Positions 63,629 to 64,000 of a DNA stretch of 64,000 nt are shown piece after piece. The DNA comes from Ginglymostoma cirratum (Eukaryota), in NCBI GenBank assembly GCA_024137785.1, contig JAHRHZ010000111.1, forward strand, positions 4,855,380-4,919,379, in the 5' to 3' direction. A program made the translations under genes and the position numbers. Position 1 is the stretch's first letter; each line of letters opens with the position of its first letter. The notes below the pieces were generated by a model, which saw nothing but the letters and a program-made list of their open reading frames with translations, was not told where the DNA came from and did no database searches.

Positions 63629-64000
63629 ATAATATCTTCAAATGCCATGTCCTACCCTCAGTTTCACCACCCTCACCACAGATCCAATCACTAGATCCTC
63701 ATCCCGCACCTACCAATATCCTCCAAAAATCAGGATTCATTCATGTGCTTCACCATACTTGCAGTTAGTCAGCACTGGTGCAGGCCTCCCTCATATACAC
63801 TTTGCAGTTTATACATATTGCCAGTAATTCCACCATACCAACCAAACTCTTCTTGACCTCTTTGGTTTGAGGATGGCCTGTTTCAGCTCCAGTTTAATGG
63901 GTTTTCGAATTACTAATCAGTCCAACATGGGATTGGCAGATTCTGTTACCTGCCAAGGAGGTGGTACTTGAAGAGTTGAGTAAATGACTTTTAGTGTACG

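Overview
Repeat-rich, CpG-depleted vertebrate genomic DNA. The repeat content (HE1-type tRNA SINEs with CR1 tails, Deu-domain-like SINEs, many CR1 LINEs, Penelope elements) points to a cartilaginous fish, probably a shark. I found no intact host protein-coding gene. Every ORF I can recognise is a transposon remnant: CR1/L2-group RT, Penelope RT and GIY-YIG, a decayed full-length Gypsy LTR element at about 53.4-58.2 kb, and PIF/Harbinger relics. The most notable signal is Penelope-related. A young 1.35-kb palindromic Penelope insertion has a 15-bp TSD and an intact minimal hammerhead ribozyme (HHR) motif in each arm. At least seven 120-225 bp 'mini' insertions are made only of the Penelope terminal repeat. 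Their 5' boundary repeatedly falls at the start of the hammerhead core, they occur as monomers, inverted dimers and tail-inverted forms, and most carry their own 11-15 bp TSDs. Two CR1 copies contain patches copied from nearby unique DNA. Family assignments are from motif recognition by eye, without database searches, and boundaries of old repeats are approximate.
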